Assembly (NCBI GenBank): GCA_038235845.1
Contig: JBBSTN010000001.1
Location: forward strand, 1-59,876
Origin: Gemmatimonadales bacterium
GTDB taxonomy: Bacteria > Gemmatimonadota > Gemmatimonadetes > Gemmatimonadales > Gemmatimonadaceae
Length of the DNA: 59,876 bases
Direction: 5' to 3'
This document shows positions 38,771 to 48,011 of this stretch, in pieces (the first letter of the stretch is position 1; each line of letters opens with the position of its first letter). The position numbers and the translations under genes were made by a program. The notes under the pieces were generated by a model. The model had not been told where the DNA came from. It did not search any database and saw nothing but the letters and a program-made list of their open reading frames with translations.

Positions 38771-39936
38771 AAGGAGTGCTGCATAACACATCGTCGCCCG
38801 ATGCTCCTAAGCACCAGCAGGCTTTTCGGCTTGCAGTTACCGTGGGGCTGGCGTGCGGCCTGGCACTCGCAATTCGAGCCTACTTCGATGTGCATCAGGC
38901 GCTCGTCTCTTACCTGTTCGCGTATGCGAGCGTGATGACACTGGTAATGGGCGCACTGTTCATCCTGCTGCTATCGAACCTTACGGGGGCGCGTTGGTTT
39001 CTGGAATTTCGAGCAATTGCCGTTACGTCCATTAGCTCGCTTCCGGCGATCGCATTACTGACCATCCCGATCCTGGCGGGGCTACACATGCTATATCCCT
39101 GGACAGATTTGTCACGCCTTGCACCACATGTACGCGAGGTTGTGGAGCGCAAGGAAGCCTGGCTGAATACGACTTCGTTTGTCATGCGGAGTATCGCGTA
39201 TCTCGTTATCTGGGTGTTAGCTGCGGAGCTCCTTCGCTCTACAAAGGCGGTGCGTCAGGGAAAGTACAGCGCACCCCTGCTGATAGCTGTTGGCGTTTCA
39301 TTCACTTTCGCATGCTTCGACTGGTTGATGTCGCTTGAGCCCGACTGGTATTCGACGATCTACGGAGTGTATGTGTTTGCTGGCGGAGTTCTTTCGTCGC
39401 TTGCATTCATCTCGATAGCGCGTTCTGCATCGAGAGATGAAAAGAGAGAAGGTGCCGACGAAGGTGCTGAGAACAATGTCAGTACACCGATGGCCAAACT
39501 CCTTCTGACTTTTGCGATGTTCTGGGGATACATCGCATTCTCTCAGTATCTCATCGTATGGATCGCCGATCTGCCATCGGAAGTGAGCTGGTATGCATCT
39601 CGTGCATCTGGCGCCTGGGGATGGCTCGCGGTCGTGGTCGGTTTGGCGCAACTGGTGATTCCGTTTGCGCTTCTTGTATCGGCGAAAGGAAAACGTAGTC
39701 AACGGGTTATCAGAATTGTATGCGTCATGCTTCTAGCCGGTCATGTGCTGGACATCTATTGGTTGGTTATGCCGGCTTTATCCCCGGCCGATATTCCGCT
39801 TTCATGGACAGATCCGGTCGCTCTTATGTCCGTGGCTGCGTTAACCATAGCCGGGTCTCTCTGGCGCGCGCAGAAGCGCAACGATGCCGTTGAGTTGCAG
39901 GATGGGGACGCAGCTTTTGCCGGCGCAGTAGCGTGA
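38767..39936 (+). CDS. actF: Alternative complex III ActF
   Basis: Polytopic; LYPW, DWLMSLEPDWYSTIYG and FSQYLIVW. Confidence 0.92.
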   Translation: MKGVLHNTSSPDAPKHQQAFRLAVTVGLACGLALAIRAYFDVHQALVSYLFAYASVMTLVMGALFILLLSNLTGARWFLEFRAIAVTSISSLPAIALLTIPILAGLHMLYPWTDLSRLAPHVREVVERKEAWLNTTSFVMRSIAYLVIWVLAAELLRSTKAVRQGKYSAPLLIAVGVSFTFACFDWLMSLEPDWYSTIYGVYVFAGGVLSSLAFISIARSASRDEKREGADEGAENNVSTPMAKLLLTFAMFWGYIAFSQYLIVWIADLPSEVSWYASRASGAWGWLAVVVGLAQLVIPFALLVSAKGKRSQRVIRIVCVMLLAGHVLDIYWLVMPALSPADIPLSWTDPVALMSVAALTIAGSLWRAQKRNDAVELQDGDAAFAGAVA

Positions 39937-42404
39937 AATCCGCACCGATTCCCAGCTCTCGACCGCCAGACGACGTTTCGGGACAATCACTCGAGAGCGA
40001 CGAGCAAAAGCGATTAAACAAGCTCTGGGAAACGCCCGCAACACTTTATGGCTGGTTGACGACCGTCGATCACAAGACCCTCGGCATCAGGTATATCATT
40101 ACCGCGTTCGCATTTTTCGCGGCGGGTGGAATTGAGGCGCTGATAATGCGCATGCAACTGGTAAAGCCGGATAATCATCTGGTGGGACCGCAAGCATATA
40201 ACGAGCTCTTCACGATGCACGGCGTGACGATGATGTTTCTTTTCATTCAGCCGGTGCTGTCGGGATTGAGCTTCTATCTCACACCGCTCATGATCGGCGC
40301 GCGGGAACTGGCATTCCCCAGGCTCAACAGCTTCAGCTACTACGCGTTTCTGTTTGCCGGCTTGCTGATATATGGGAGTTTTCTTGTCAGTGCAGCTCCC
40401 AACGCAGGCTGGTTTAACTACACGCCACTTGCAAGCAAGCAGTTCAATGCAGGCCCGAATATCGATTTCTACACGATCGGACTGCTATTTCTGGGCGTTG
40501 CGACAACGGCGGGCGCGGTCAACTCTGTCGTTTCGATTCTCAAGCTGCGTGCGCCGGGCATGTCACTCGATCGAATGCCGCTCTTCTTATGGAGCTCGCT
40601 GACAACCTCGCTCGCGATTCTGATGGCGATGCCTGCGCTGAGCGCGAGTCTGATATTTCTGGAGCTGGAGCGAAACTGGGGTTTCCATTTCTTCGATCCC
40701 AATGGTGGTGGGAGTGCACTGCTCTGGCAGCATCTGTTCTGGGTATTCGGGCACCCGTGGGTCTACATAGTGTTCCTTCCCGCCACGGGAATGCTTTCAA
40801 TGATAATCCCGGCCTTTTGCCGACGCCCGATGATCGGTCATACGATAGTGGCGCTGTCTACCGTGATGACTGGATTGATTGGCTTTGGGGTTTGGGTGCA
40901 CCACATGTTTGCCACGGGCCTACCGCAGCTATCAATAGGATTCTTCGCTGCTGCCAGCATGACCGTGTCGATTCCATCGGCGATGACTATCGCGGTATGG
41001 GTAGTGACGCTCTGGTACGGGCGTGTCGTCCTCACAACGCCGATGCTCTTCGCACTTGCGTTTATCGCACAGTTCGTAATCGGCGGTATCACCGGCGTCA
41101 TGACGGCTGCGGTTCCGTTCGACTGGCAGGCAACGGACACATATTTCATCGTGGCTCACTTGCATTATGTGCTGGCGGGCGGAACTCTGTTTGGGGTGAT
41201 GGCCGCTCTGTACTACTGGTTCCCCAAGATGTCCGGGCGGATGCTCGATGAGGCACTTGGCAAGTGGAGTTTCTGGCTGCTGTTCATTGGGTTCAACCTG
41301 ACCTTTTTCCCAATGCATATAAGCGGTTTGTTGGGGATGCCTCGCAGGGTCTACACGTATGGCGCATGGGAAAATCTGGCGTTGCCCAACCTGCTCTCAA
41401 CTTTGGGAACGTTCCTTCAGGCGGTCGCAATACTTGTCCTGCTAGTAAACATCCTTCGCAGTCGAAAACGCGGAGCTGTGGCAGGAGACAATCCATGGAG
41501 AGCTGGCACTCTCGAGTGGATGACCACATCGCCGCCGCCTGAATACAATTTCCTTAACGCCCCGTTGGTAAAGAGCAGATATCCGCTCTGGACAAAGGAT
41601 GTCGAAAGCGGTCCTGCGCTTTCCAATGATCGACTTACGGCATCCACATCGGTACTGGATGCGGAGTTCGCTGGCCCCGTTTACCTGCCCGAGGGATCGC
41701 TCTGGCCGGTGTGGGTTGCGGTGGGACTGCTCGTGACGTGCAGTGCACTTCTGGCGCGGATGAATATCGTGGCCGTCGTTGGAGCCGTGCTTACCGCCTT
41801 CTCGGTTGCCCGGTGGGTGCGTCCGGGCAGTGCAGTCGAGGGTAACGGTGATATCGCCCGATGGGGAATGGTGCTGCTGTGCGTTACCGAAGCAGCGCTA
41901 TTCGCCTACTTTCTGGCTGGATATTTCTATCTTGGAGTCGTCAACAGTGCATGGCCCCCTCCAGGAATCGAGAAGCCGTCACTTACGCTGCCGCTCATCA
42001 TGACCCTGGTGCTCGTCTCGAGCAGCGCAACACTCACGGTTGCCGATTGGGCCATCGGGCGCGGACGAACGATGTTGTATCGAATTGGAGTGGTGAGTAC
42101 TGTGCTTCTTGGAAGTGGCTTCCTCACTTTGCAGGCGATCGAATACACGGGCGAATTGAAGCATGGTGGGCCCACCATGCACGCTTATCTGTCGATGTTC
42201 TATACCATTACAGGCTTTCACGGCGTTCACGTATTTGTTGGTCTTCTCTTGATTTCCTGGGCGCTATTGCAGGAGCTGCGTGGATACGTGACCTCCGAGC
42301 GGCCGGCGTATGCAAGAAATGTGTCGGTGTATTGGCATTTCGTCGACGCAGTCTGGCTGGTAATTCTCACAGTGCTTTACCTCACGCCGCGTCTCTATAA
42401 CTGA
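39933..42404 (+). CDS. ctaD: Heme-copper oxidase subunit I fused to a truncated subunit III
   Basis: TVDHK, TMHG, GHPWVY, WVHHMF, AHLHY and GMPRR; C-terminal TEAALF, GFHGVHV and YWHFVD. Confidence 0.95.
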   Translation: MKSAPIPSSRPPDDVSGQSLESDEQKRLNKLWETPATLYGWLTTVDHKTLGIRYIITAFAFFAAGGIEALIMRMQLVKPDNHLVGPQAYNELFTMHGVTMMFLFIQPVLSGLSFYLTPLMIGARELAFPRLNSFSYYAFLFAGLLIYGSFLVSAAPNAGWFNYTPLASKQFNAGPNIDFYTIGLLFLGVATTAGAVNSVVSILKLRAPGMSLDRMPLFLWSSLTTSLAILMAMPALSASLIFLELERNWGFHFFDPNGGGSALLWQHLFWVFGHPWVYIVFLPATGMLSMIIPAFCRRPMIGHTIVALSTVMTGLIGFGVWVHHMFATGLPQLSIGFFAAASMTVSIPSAMTIAVWVVTLWYGRVVLTTPMLFALAFIAQFVIGGITGVMTAAVPFDWQATDTYFIVAHLHYVLAGGTLFGVMAALYYWFPKMSGRMLDEALGKWSFWLLFIGFNLTFFPMHISGLLGMPRRVYTYGAWENLALPNLLSTLGTFLQAVAILVLLVNILRSRKRGAVAGDNPWRAGTLEWMTTSPPPEYNFLNAPLVKSRYPLWTKDVESGPALSNDRLTASTSVLDAEFAGPVYLPEGSLWPVWVAVGLLVTCSALLARMNIVAVVGAVLTAFSVARWVRPGSAVEGNGDIARWGMVLLCVTEAALFAYFLAGYFYLGVVNSAWPPPGIEKPSLTLPLIMTLVLVSSSATLTVADWAIGRGRTMLYRIGVVSTVLLGSGFLTLQAIEYTGELKHGGPTMHAYLSMFYTITGFHGVHVFVGLLLISWALLQELRGYVTSERPAYARNVSVYWHFVDAVWLVILTVLYLTPRLYN

Positions 42405-42808
42405 TGTCTCAACAACCAGATTCGATGTCGAATCGGATCAGCAATTGGAGACTCTGGACTGGAGTCCTGCTTGCACCTGCGGCATGGGTATTGATGGAAC
42501 TCATCGGTTACTATATCGCTGCTCGTGGCTGCGATGACGGCGGCGGGATTCACGCCCCAGGGCCGACACATCCTGCAACGCTCACTGTCGGGCTGTCTGT
42601 AATACTGACCGGTGTCGCTGCAGCGGCGTTGGTAATTGCACTCGGCAACTGGAAGCATTCCCACCGTTCAAAAGGTCAACCATGGGAGGGTAGGGAGCGG
42701 TTCATGGCAAAAACCGGAGTGATAGGAAGCGCACTTTTCGTTGTCGCGACGTTGCTCTTCGGTGTGCCAGCGCTTGTTCTCGATGTGTGTCAACACGTGC
42801 GCGTCTAA
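42404..42808 (+). CDS. Small 3-TM oxidase-associated membrane protein
   Basis: Start overlaps the subunit I/III stop; three hydrophobic segments; two Cys. Confidence 0.75.
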   Translation: MSQQPDSMSNRISNWRLWTGVLLAPAAWVLMELIGYYIAARGCDDGGGIHAPGPTHPATLTVGLSVILTGVAAAALVIALGNWKHSHRSKGQPWEGRERFMAKTGVIGSALFVVATLLFGVPALVLDVCQHVRV

Positions 42809-43688
42809 CCTGGCTGTGCTTCCATCATTGGCCCTTCTTATGATGCTCTACCTGCTCGGCGCCGGAATCATCTGGCGCAGAGCAGGATACGGTCGAGGTG
42901 TTCGTGTCTGGCAGTTATGGTCATTTGTTACAGCGATCGTGCTTCTTGCTGTAGCGCTACTTTCACCGCTCGACGAACTAAGCGAGAAGCTCTTTTCGGC
43001 GCATATGACTCAGCATTTGCTTCTGACGACGGTCGTACCGCCGTTCCTGGTGCTGGGGGCGCCACAATTAGCCACAGCATGGATACTGCCTCGGAACTGG
43101 CGACTGTTTCTGTTCAGGCGAGTAAAAAGCACGCGCGTCGTAGTTACCACATGGAGATTCATTACGGGAATTACGGTTGCCACAGTGCTTCACGGCGCAG
43201 CAATGTGGATTTGGCATGTACCCGTATTGTATGAAGCAGCACTTGCCAGCGAGCAAGTCCACTTTCTGGAACATGCAAGCTTTGTTGGGACGGCGGTGTT
43301 GTTGTGGTGGGGAATCGTTAACCCACGACGAAGTCGGCGAGAAAGCTACGGAATTGGTGTCGCAGCAATATTTTTTACCGCCATGCACACTGGGGTGCTC
43401 GGCGCGCTATTCACCCTCTCGGACCATGTCTGGTATCGGACAAACACTGCGGAAGCTTTTTCGGCGGCTGCGCCGTTCATGCCCGCGTTGAAGGATCAAC
43501 AGCTTGCAGGGCTCATCATGTGGGTGGTGGGGGGCATGTTATATGTGGCCACTATGAGCGCACTGTTTCTCGCATGGGTTCGCTATCGCTCCCGCCATGC
43601 GGCACAGGGCCTTGTTCAGGAATTGATTCGCGGAGGCGCAACGCGAAAAAACGTTCCCATGCCGATCGTCGGGCCGGAGAAAGCGTGA
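42783..43688 (+). CDS. ctaG: Cytochrome c oxidase assembly factor, caa3-type CtaG
   Basis: SPLD, FSAHMTQHLLL, WHVP, EHAS and DQQLAGLIMW; start uncertain. Confidence 0.92.
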   Translation: MCVNTCASNLAVLPSLALLMMLYLLGAGIIWRRAGYGRGVRVWQLWSFVTAIVLLAVALLSPLDELSEKLFSAHMTQHLLLTTVVPPFLVLGAPQLATAWILPRNWRLFLFRRVKSTRVVVTTWRFITGITVATVLHGAAMWIWHVPVLYEAALASEQVHFLEHASFVGTAVLLWWGIVNPRRSRRESYGIGVAAIFFTAMHTGVLGALFTLSDHVWYRTNTAEAFSAAAPFMPALKDQQLAGLIMWVVGGMLYVATMSALFLAWVRYRSRHAAQGLVQELIRGGATRKNVPMPIVGPEKA

Positions 43689-44047
43689 CGCTAGCCAAGA
43701 TCTCTCTTGCTCTGAGTGTCGTTGTTCTGGCCGGCTGCCGCGACAGCTCAACGACTCATGCGCACAGGGATGAGATCGAAAATGGACGCCAGCTTGTTGC
43801 TGCCTACGGATGCGGTTCCTGTCATCAGATTCAAGGGATTATCAACGCTAGAGGCAGAGTTGGGCCCACGCTAAACGGCATCGGTCGGCGCACGCTGATT
43901 GCCGGAAAGCTCGTCAATACACCAGCGAACATGCGGGCCTGGTTGATGAATCCGCCCGCGGTAACGCCGGGCACAGCAATGCCTGATCTACACATCAATG
44001 AATCGTCCGCATTAGCGATAGCGGCTTATCTGGCGACGCTCAAATGA
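43685..44047 (+). CDS. Monoheme c-type cytochrome lipoprotein
   Basis: GTG 43685 overlaps the ctaG stop; LAGC lipobox, CGSCH, PGTAMP. Confidence 0.9.
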   Translation: MTLAKISLALSVVVLAGCRDSSTTHAHRDEIENGRQLVAAYGCGSCHQIQGIINARGRVGPTLNGIGRRTLIAGKLVNTPANMRAWLMNPPAVTPGTAMPDLHINESSALAIAAYLATLK

Positions 44048-45063
44048 ACCGTCGTATGACCCTCTTGAAGACGGTAGGCTGGCTGGCGATAATGTCTTCC
44101 ATTATGCTCGCTGCGGGATGCAGTGGCCCACTGGAAATGCTCTCCGGCTCCGGCGAGCCCGCAGCACGTATCGCACGACTGACGTGGTTTATGCTACTGC
44201 TCGGCGGCGCAGTGTATGCCGTTGTACTGATAACCACCGCGGTGGCAATCAGGCGAAATCGGGCGACGCCTGATGATACACCTGACCTGACTCGTCACGG
44301 CATTTCATGGATTATCATCGGCGGCGTGATTCTTCCCGGGTTGATCCTTCTGGCGGTATTCATCGTTTCGCTTGGTGCCATGAACCGCGATGAGCGTACG
44401 CAACCGACGTTAACTGTTAGTGTCGTCGGGCATCAATGGTGGTGGAAATTGCAGTATCACCCGGATGATTCCACCCGGACCTTTTACAGTGCGAACGAGA
44501 TCCATATTCCAGTTGGACGAACTGTACGTCTGCTGCTGAGCAGCGGTGACGTAATTCATAGTTTCTGGGTTCCGACACTTCAAGGAAAGCTCGACGCCAT
44601 TCCAGGAGTTATCAACGACATTCGAATAACCGCGGACACAGCAGGTATCTATCGCGGCGTGTGTGCTGAGTTTTGCGGAACTCAACATGCCAACATGGCG
44701 ATAACTGTTGTTGCCGAGTCCCTTGAAGACTATTTGGTGTGGGAGGCTGGTCAGCTTGAAAATGCCCATAGCTCCGCAGATTCAACGTCCCGCGCCGGAC
44801 AGCGATTGTTTGTCGCAGCAAACTGCGCGGCATGCCATCGAGTTCGGGGTACCGACGCCAACGGAGCTGACGCGCCGGATCTTACGCACGTTGCAAGCAG
44901 GATGTCGATTGGGGCCGGCGTTCTTCCAATGCAACCCGGCGCACTTGCTGGCTGGATAGCCAATGCGCCGGCCATAAAACCTGGCGTGCTGATGCCACGC
45001 ATCTCAGGCTTGAGCGGCAGCGAACTGCGGCTACTTGCGCTATATGTTGGATCGCTGAAGTGA
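44044..45063 (+). CDS. ctaC: Cytochrome c oxidase subunit II with C-terminal cytochrome c (caa3-like)
   Basis: GHQWWW, VIHSFW and CAEFCGTQHANM (CuA site); CAACH. Confidence 0.95.
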   Translation: MNRRMTLLKTVGWLAIMSSIMLAAGCSGPLEMLSGSGEPAARIARLTWFMLLLGGAVYAVVLITTAVAIRRNRATPDDTPDLTRHGISWIIIGGVILPGLILLAVFIVSLGAMNRDERTQPTLTVSVVGHQWWWKLQYHPDDSTRTFYSANEIHIPVGRTVRLLLSSGDVIHSFWVPTLQGKLDAIPGVINDIRITADTAGIYRGVCAEFCGTQHANMAITVVAESLEDYLVWEAGQLENAHSSADSTSRAGQRLFVAANCAACHRVRGTDANGADAPDLTHVASRMSIGAGVLPMQPGALAGWIANAPAIKPGVLMPRISGLSGSELRLLALYVGSLK

Positions 45064-45071
45064 CCCGATAA

Positions 45072-47441
45072 GTGAACGCATTGACGCGTGTTCATCTGCA
45101 TGTTGAGGGTGTCGTTCAAGGAGTCGGATTTCGCCCGTACGTTTATCGACTCGCAATGGCGCATCATTTGTCGGGATGGGTGCGCAACGACGCGGATGGC
45201 GTGACCATTGAGGTCGAAGGCGAGCGCGACAGGATAGAGATATTCGCGCGGCAATTGCCGCGCGATGCACCACCTCTTGCCAGGATCATCCGCGTAACAC
45301 ACTCCAGTCTCACGCCGTCGGCTTCATCATCAATCACGAAGGGTTTTCTCATCCTGCCGAGCGACGGTCGGTCGCGCGCTTTGGGTGCGGCGGTGCTCGT
45401 TCCGCCGGATATAGCCACCTGCAAAGATTGTCTCAGAGAGCTGTTTGATGAATCAAACCGCCGATATCGCTACCCATTTACAAATTGCACGAATTGTGGC
45501 CCCCGTTTCACTATCATCAACGGAGTTCCTTATGACAGGGAGCTCACCACGATGTCGGGGTTCACAATGTGCGCGCCTTGCCAGGAAGAATACGACAACC
45601 CGATGGATCGCAGGTTCCACGCTCAACCAAATGCTTGCAGGGACTGCGGCCCGACGGCGAGACTGTTGAATGCAGCTGGTATCGACGAACGTGACCCTGA
45701 CAACCACGGCATCGACGCGCTGAGGGAGGCGGCGACGAGGATTCGTGATGGCGCAATCGTGGCCGTCAAGGGAATTGGCGGTTTTCATCTCGCATGCCTC
45801 GCGAGCGATGATGGCGCGGTGATGCGATTGCGCGAAAGAAAAGGACGGCCTCACAAACCATTTGCGGTGATGGTTACCGATGTCGATGCAGCGAGCGAAC
45901 TCATCGCGATGGACCACTGTACAGAGCGATTGCTGGTGAGCCCCGAACGTCCGATCGTTCTTGCTCGCAAGCTTGCGAGTGCGACGCTATCCTCAGCAGT
46001 TGCACCGGGTTTGGCGGAGCTCGGAGTAATGCTTCCCTATTCGCCAATCCACCATTTACTGCTGCGCGATATCAGATTGCCGCTGATCATGACCAGCGGC
46101 AATCTCAGCGGCCAACCCATTTCGCACGAAAACGATGATGCGCTCGAACGGCTATCATCCATCGCCGATCTGTTTGTTGTTCACGATAGACCAATCGCCA
46201 CGTCGACCGATGACTCCATCGTGAGAGTGGTCAGCGTCGGCGGCCGCAGCCAGAAAATGATGATTCGCAGGTCGCGAGGCTACGCGCCATCGTGCCTCAC
46301 GCTGCCGGTGGCCGCATCACGCGATTTGACGAGTTGCGGTGCGGAACTCAAGAGCACCTATTGTATCGCGCGGAGAGAACACGCATGGATTGGCCCGCAT
46401 GTAGGCGATCTCGAGCAGTATGAAGCGCTGGAAGCATTTCGCATGGGAATAGCCCATCACGAACGTCTTTTCGATGTTACACCGGCGATGGTCGTGCACG
46501 ATCTGCATCCGGAGTATCTGTCAACAAAGTACGCGCTCGCGCGCGCAGATACTGACGATATTCCAGCGGTAGCGGTTCAGCATCATCACGCACATCACGC
46601 GGCGTGCATGGCGGAACACGGTCTAAAAGCCTCCTCTATAGGAGTTGTGCTCGATGGAACCGGCCTCGGCACCGACGGGACACTCTGGGGCGGGGAAATC
46701 ATTGTCGGGGACCTCTGCTACTTCGAGCGTGTTGCTCATCTATGGCCGGTGCGTATGCCGGGCGGAGTCGCCGCGATCCGCGCGCCCTGGAGAATGGCTT
46801 GCGCGTGGTTGTCGGAGTCAAAGCTCAACGGGGGCGATGGAGAATATCCATTGCTACCTGAATCACTGAAATCGAGTGTGAGCGACAGGGAATGGAAAAT
46901 CACTTGCCAGCTGTTTCGCAGTGGATTGGTCTCACCGATCACATCGAGCATGGGGCGCTTGTTGGATGCCCTTGCTGCAATCTGCGGAATCTGCGCTACC
47001 ATAACATATGAGGGGCAGGCCGCCATCGAGTTTGAGGCGGTAGCAGATTCGACCATTGCGACATGCTACGATTTTCCGCTTCTACAGACGCTTGAGGGGC
47101 GCGTTCTGGACGGGCGTGCCATCGTCAACGGCGTGATGGATGATCTCGCTAGCGGTAACTCTGTTTCGGAAATTTCGGCGCGCGTACATAACACGATTGC
47201 TCAAGGATGCGCGACATGTTGCAAACAGATTGCTTCGGAGAGAGGAATCGCGACAGTTCTGCTTAGCGGCGGTGTCTTTCAAAATTCACTCTTGCTGCGC
47301 CGCACGATTCTTGCTCTCGAATCGAACGGGCTCCGGGTGCGCATTCCGATCGAAATCCCGCCAAACGATGGCGGAATTGCTTTCGGGCAGGCTTCGGTTG
47401 CTGCAGCGCGGTCCGCGATGGAGGTTGATGAAGGGGGTTGA
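45072..47441 (+). CDS. hypF: Carbamoyltransferase HypF
   Basis: GVVQGVGFRP, CTNCGPR, RFHAQP, HDLHPEY, QHHHAH and PPNDGG. Confidence 0.97.
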   Translation: MNALTRVHLHVEGVVQGVGFRPYVYRLAMAHHLSGWVRNDADGVTIEVEGERDRIEIFARQLPRDAPPLARIIRVTHSSLTPSASSSITKGFLILPSDGRSRALGAAVLVPPDIATCKDCLRELFDESNRRYRYPFTNCTNCGPRFTIINGVPYDRELTTMSGFTMCAPCQEEYDNPMDRRFHAQPNACRDCGPTARLLNAAGIDERDPDNHGIDALREAATRIRDGAIVAVKGIGGFHLACLASDDGAVMRLRERKGRPHKPFAVMVTDVDAASELIAMDHCTERLLVSPERPIVLARKLASATLSSAVAPGLAELGVMLPYSPIHHLLLRDIRLPLIMTSGNLSGQPISHENDDALERLSSIADLFVVHDRPIATSTDDSIVRVVSVGGRSQKMMIRRSRGYAPSCLTLPVAASRDLTSCGAELKSTYCIARREHAWIGPHVGDLEQYEALEAFRMGIAHHERLFDVTPAMVVHDLHPEYLSTKYALARADTDDIPAVAVQHHHAHHAACMAEHGLKASSIGVVLDGTGLGTDGTLWGGEIIVGDLCYFERVAHLWPVRMPGGVAAIRAPWRMACAWLSESKLNGGDGEYPLLPESLKSSVSDREWKITCQLFRSGLVSPITSSMGRLLDALAAICGICATITYEGQAAIEFEAVADSTIATCYDFPLLQTLEGRVLDGRAIVNGVMDDLASGNSVSEISARVHNTIAQGCATCCKQIASERGIATVLLSGGVFQNSLLLRRTILALESNGLRVRIPIEIPPNDGGIAFGQASVAAARSAMEVDEGG

Positions 47442-47508
47442 TTAAGTATGTCGGCTTTTCACGTCCAGAGGTCAACAACGGCATGGCAAACTCTACGGTA
47501 AGTCGCTG

Positions 47509-47787
47509 ATGTGTCTCGCCATTCCTGGTCAGATCATCGAGATGGTTGACGAAGAAAATCGACTCGCTCGAGTGAGCGTTACTGGTGTTCAGCGCAACGT
47601 GAACATCGGGCTACTCGATGGCGCTTCGCCCCCGGTAGTGGTCGGCGATTGGGTGCTAATTCACGTCGGCTTCGCAATGTCGAGAATCGATGAAGCCGAA
47701 GCCCACGCAACGCTGTCGCTTCTTCAGCAGATGGGCGCCGAGTTTCATGAGGAAATGCAGGAGTACCGCGGGAGTAGCATCAAGTGA
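47509..47787 (+). CDS. hypC: Hydrogenase chaperone HypC
   Basis: MCLAIPG and GDWVLIHVGFA. Confidence 0.96.
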   Translation: MCLAIPGQIIEMVDEENRLARVSVTGVQRNVNIGLLDGASPPVVVGDWVLIHVGFAMSRIDEAEAHATLSLLQQMGAEFHEEMQEYRGSSIK

Positions 47788-48011
47788 CCTTTCACTGCAT
47801 AACGTGCTCCGACGAGGGCATCACTATGCGGGTGATGTCGATGAACTCGCAGTTTGATTCGGCCATGTGCAAAGCCGCTGACGGGGAGGTTCAGGAAGTG
47901 ATGACCGGTTTGATACTAAATGTCACCGAGGGCGAGATACTGCTCGTGCATGCGGGCACAGCAATCGCAAGAGTCTCGTCCATGTCGGACGTTCAGAGTC
48001 CCACGGCATGA
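47784..48011 (+). CDS. Second, atypical HypC-like protein
   Basis: HCITCSDEG N-terminus, GEILLVHAGTAI; overlaps both hypC and hypD. Confidence 0.85.
   Translation: MTFHCITCSDEGITMRVMSMNSQFDSAMCKAADGEVQEVMTGLILNVTEGEILLVHAGTAIARVSSMSDVQSPTA

Noticed and set aside
39933-42404. Calling the oxidase a nitric oxide reductase or a quinol oxidase
   Set aside because: The cross-link Tyr is retained and subunit II has an intact CuA motif plus heme c, which fits a cytochrome c:O2 reductase. NO activity remains untested.
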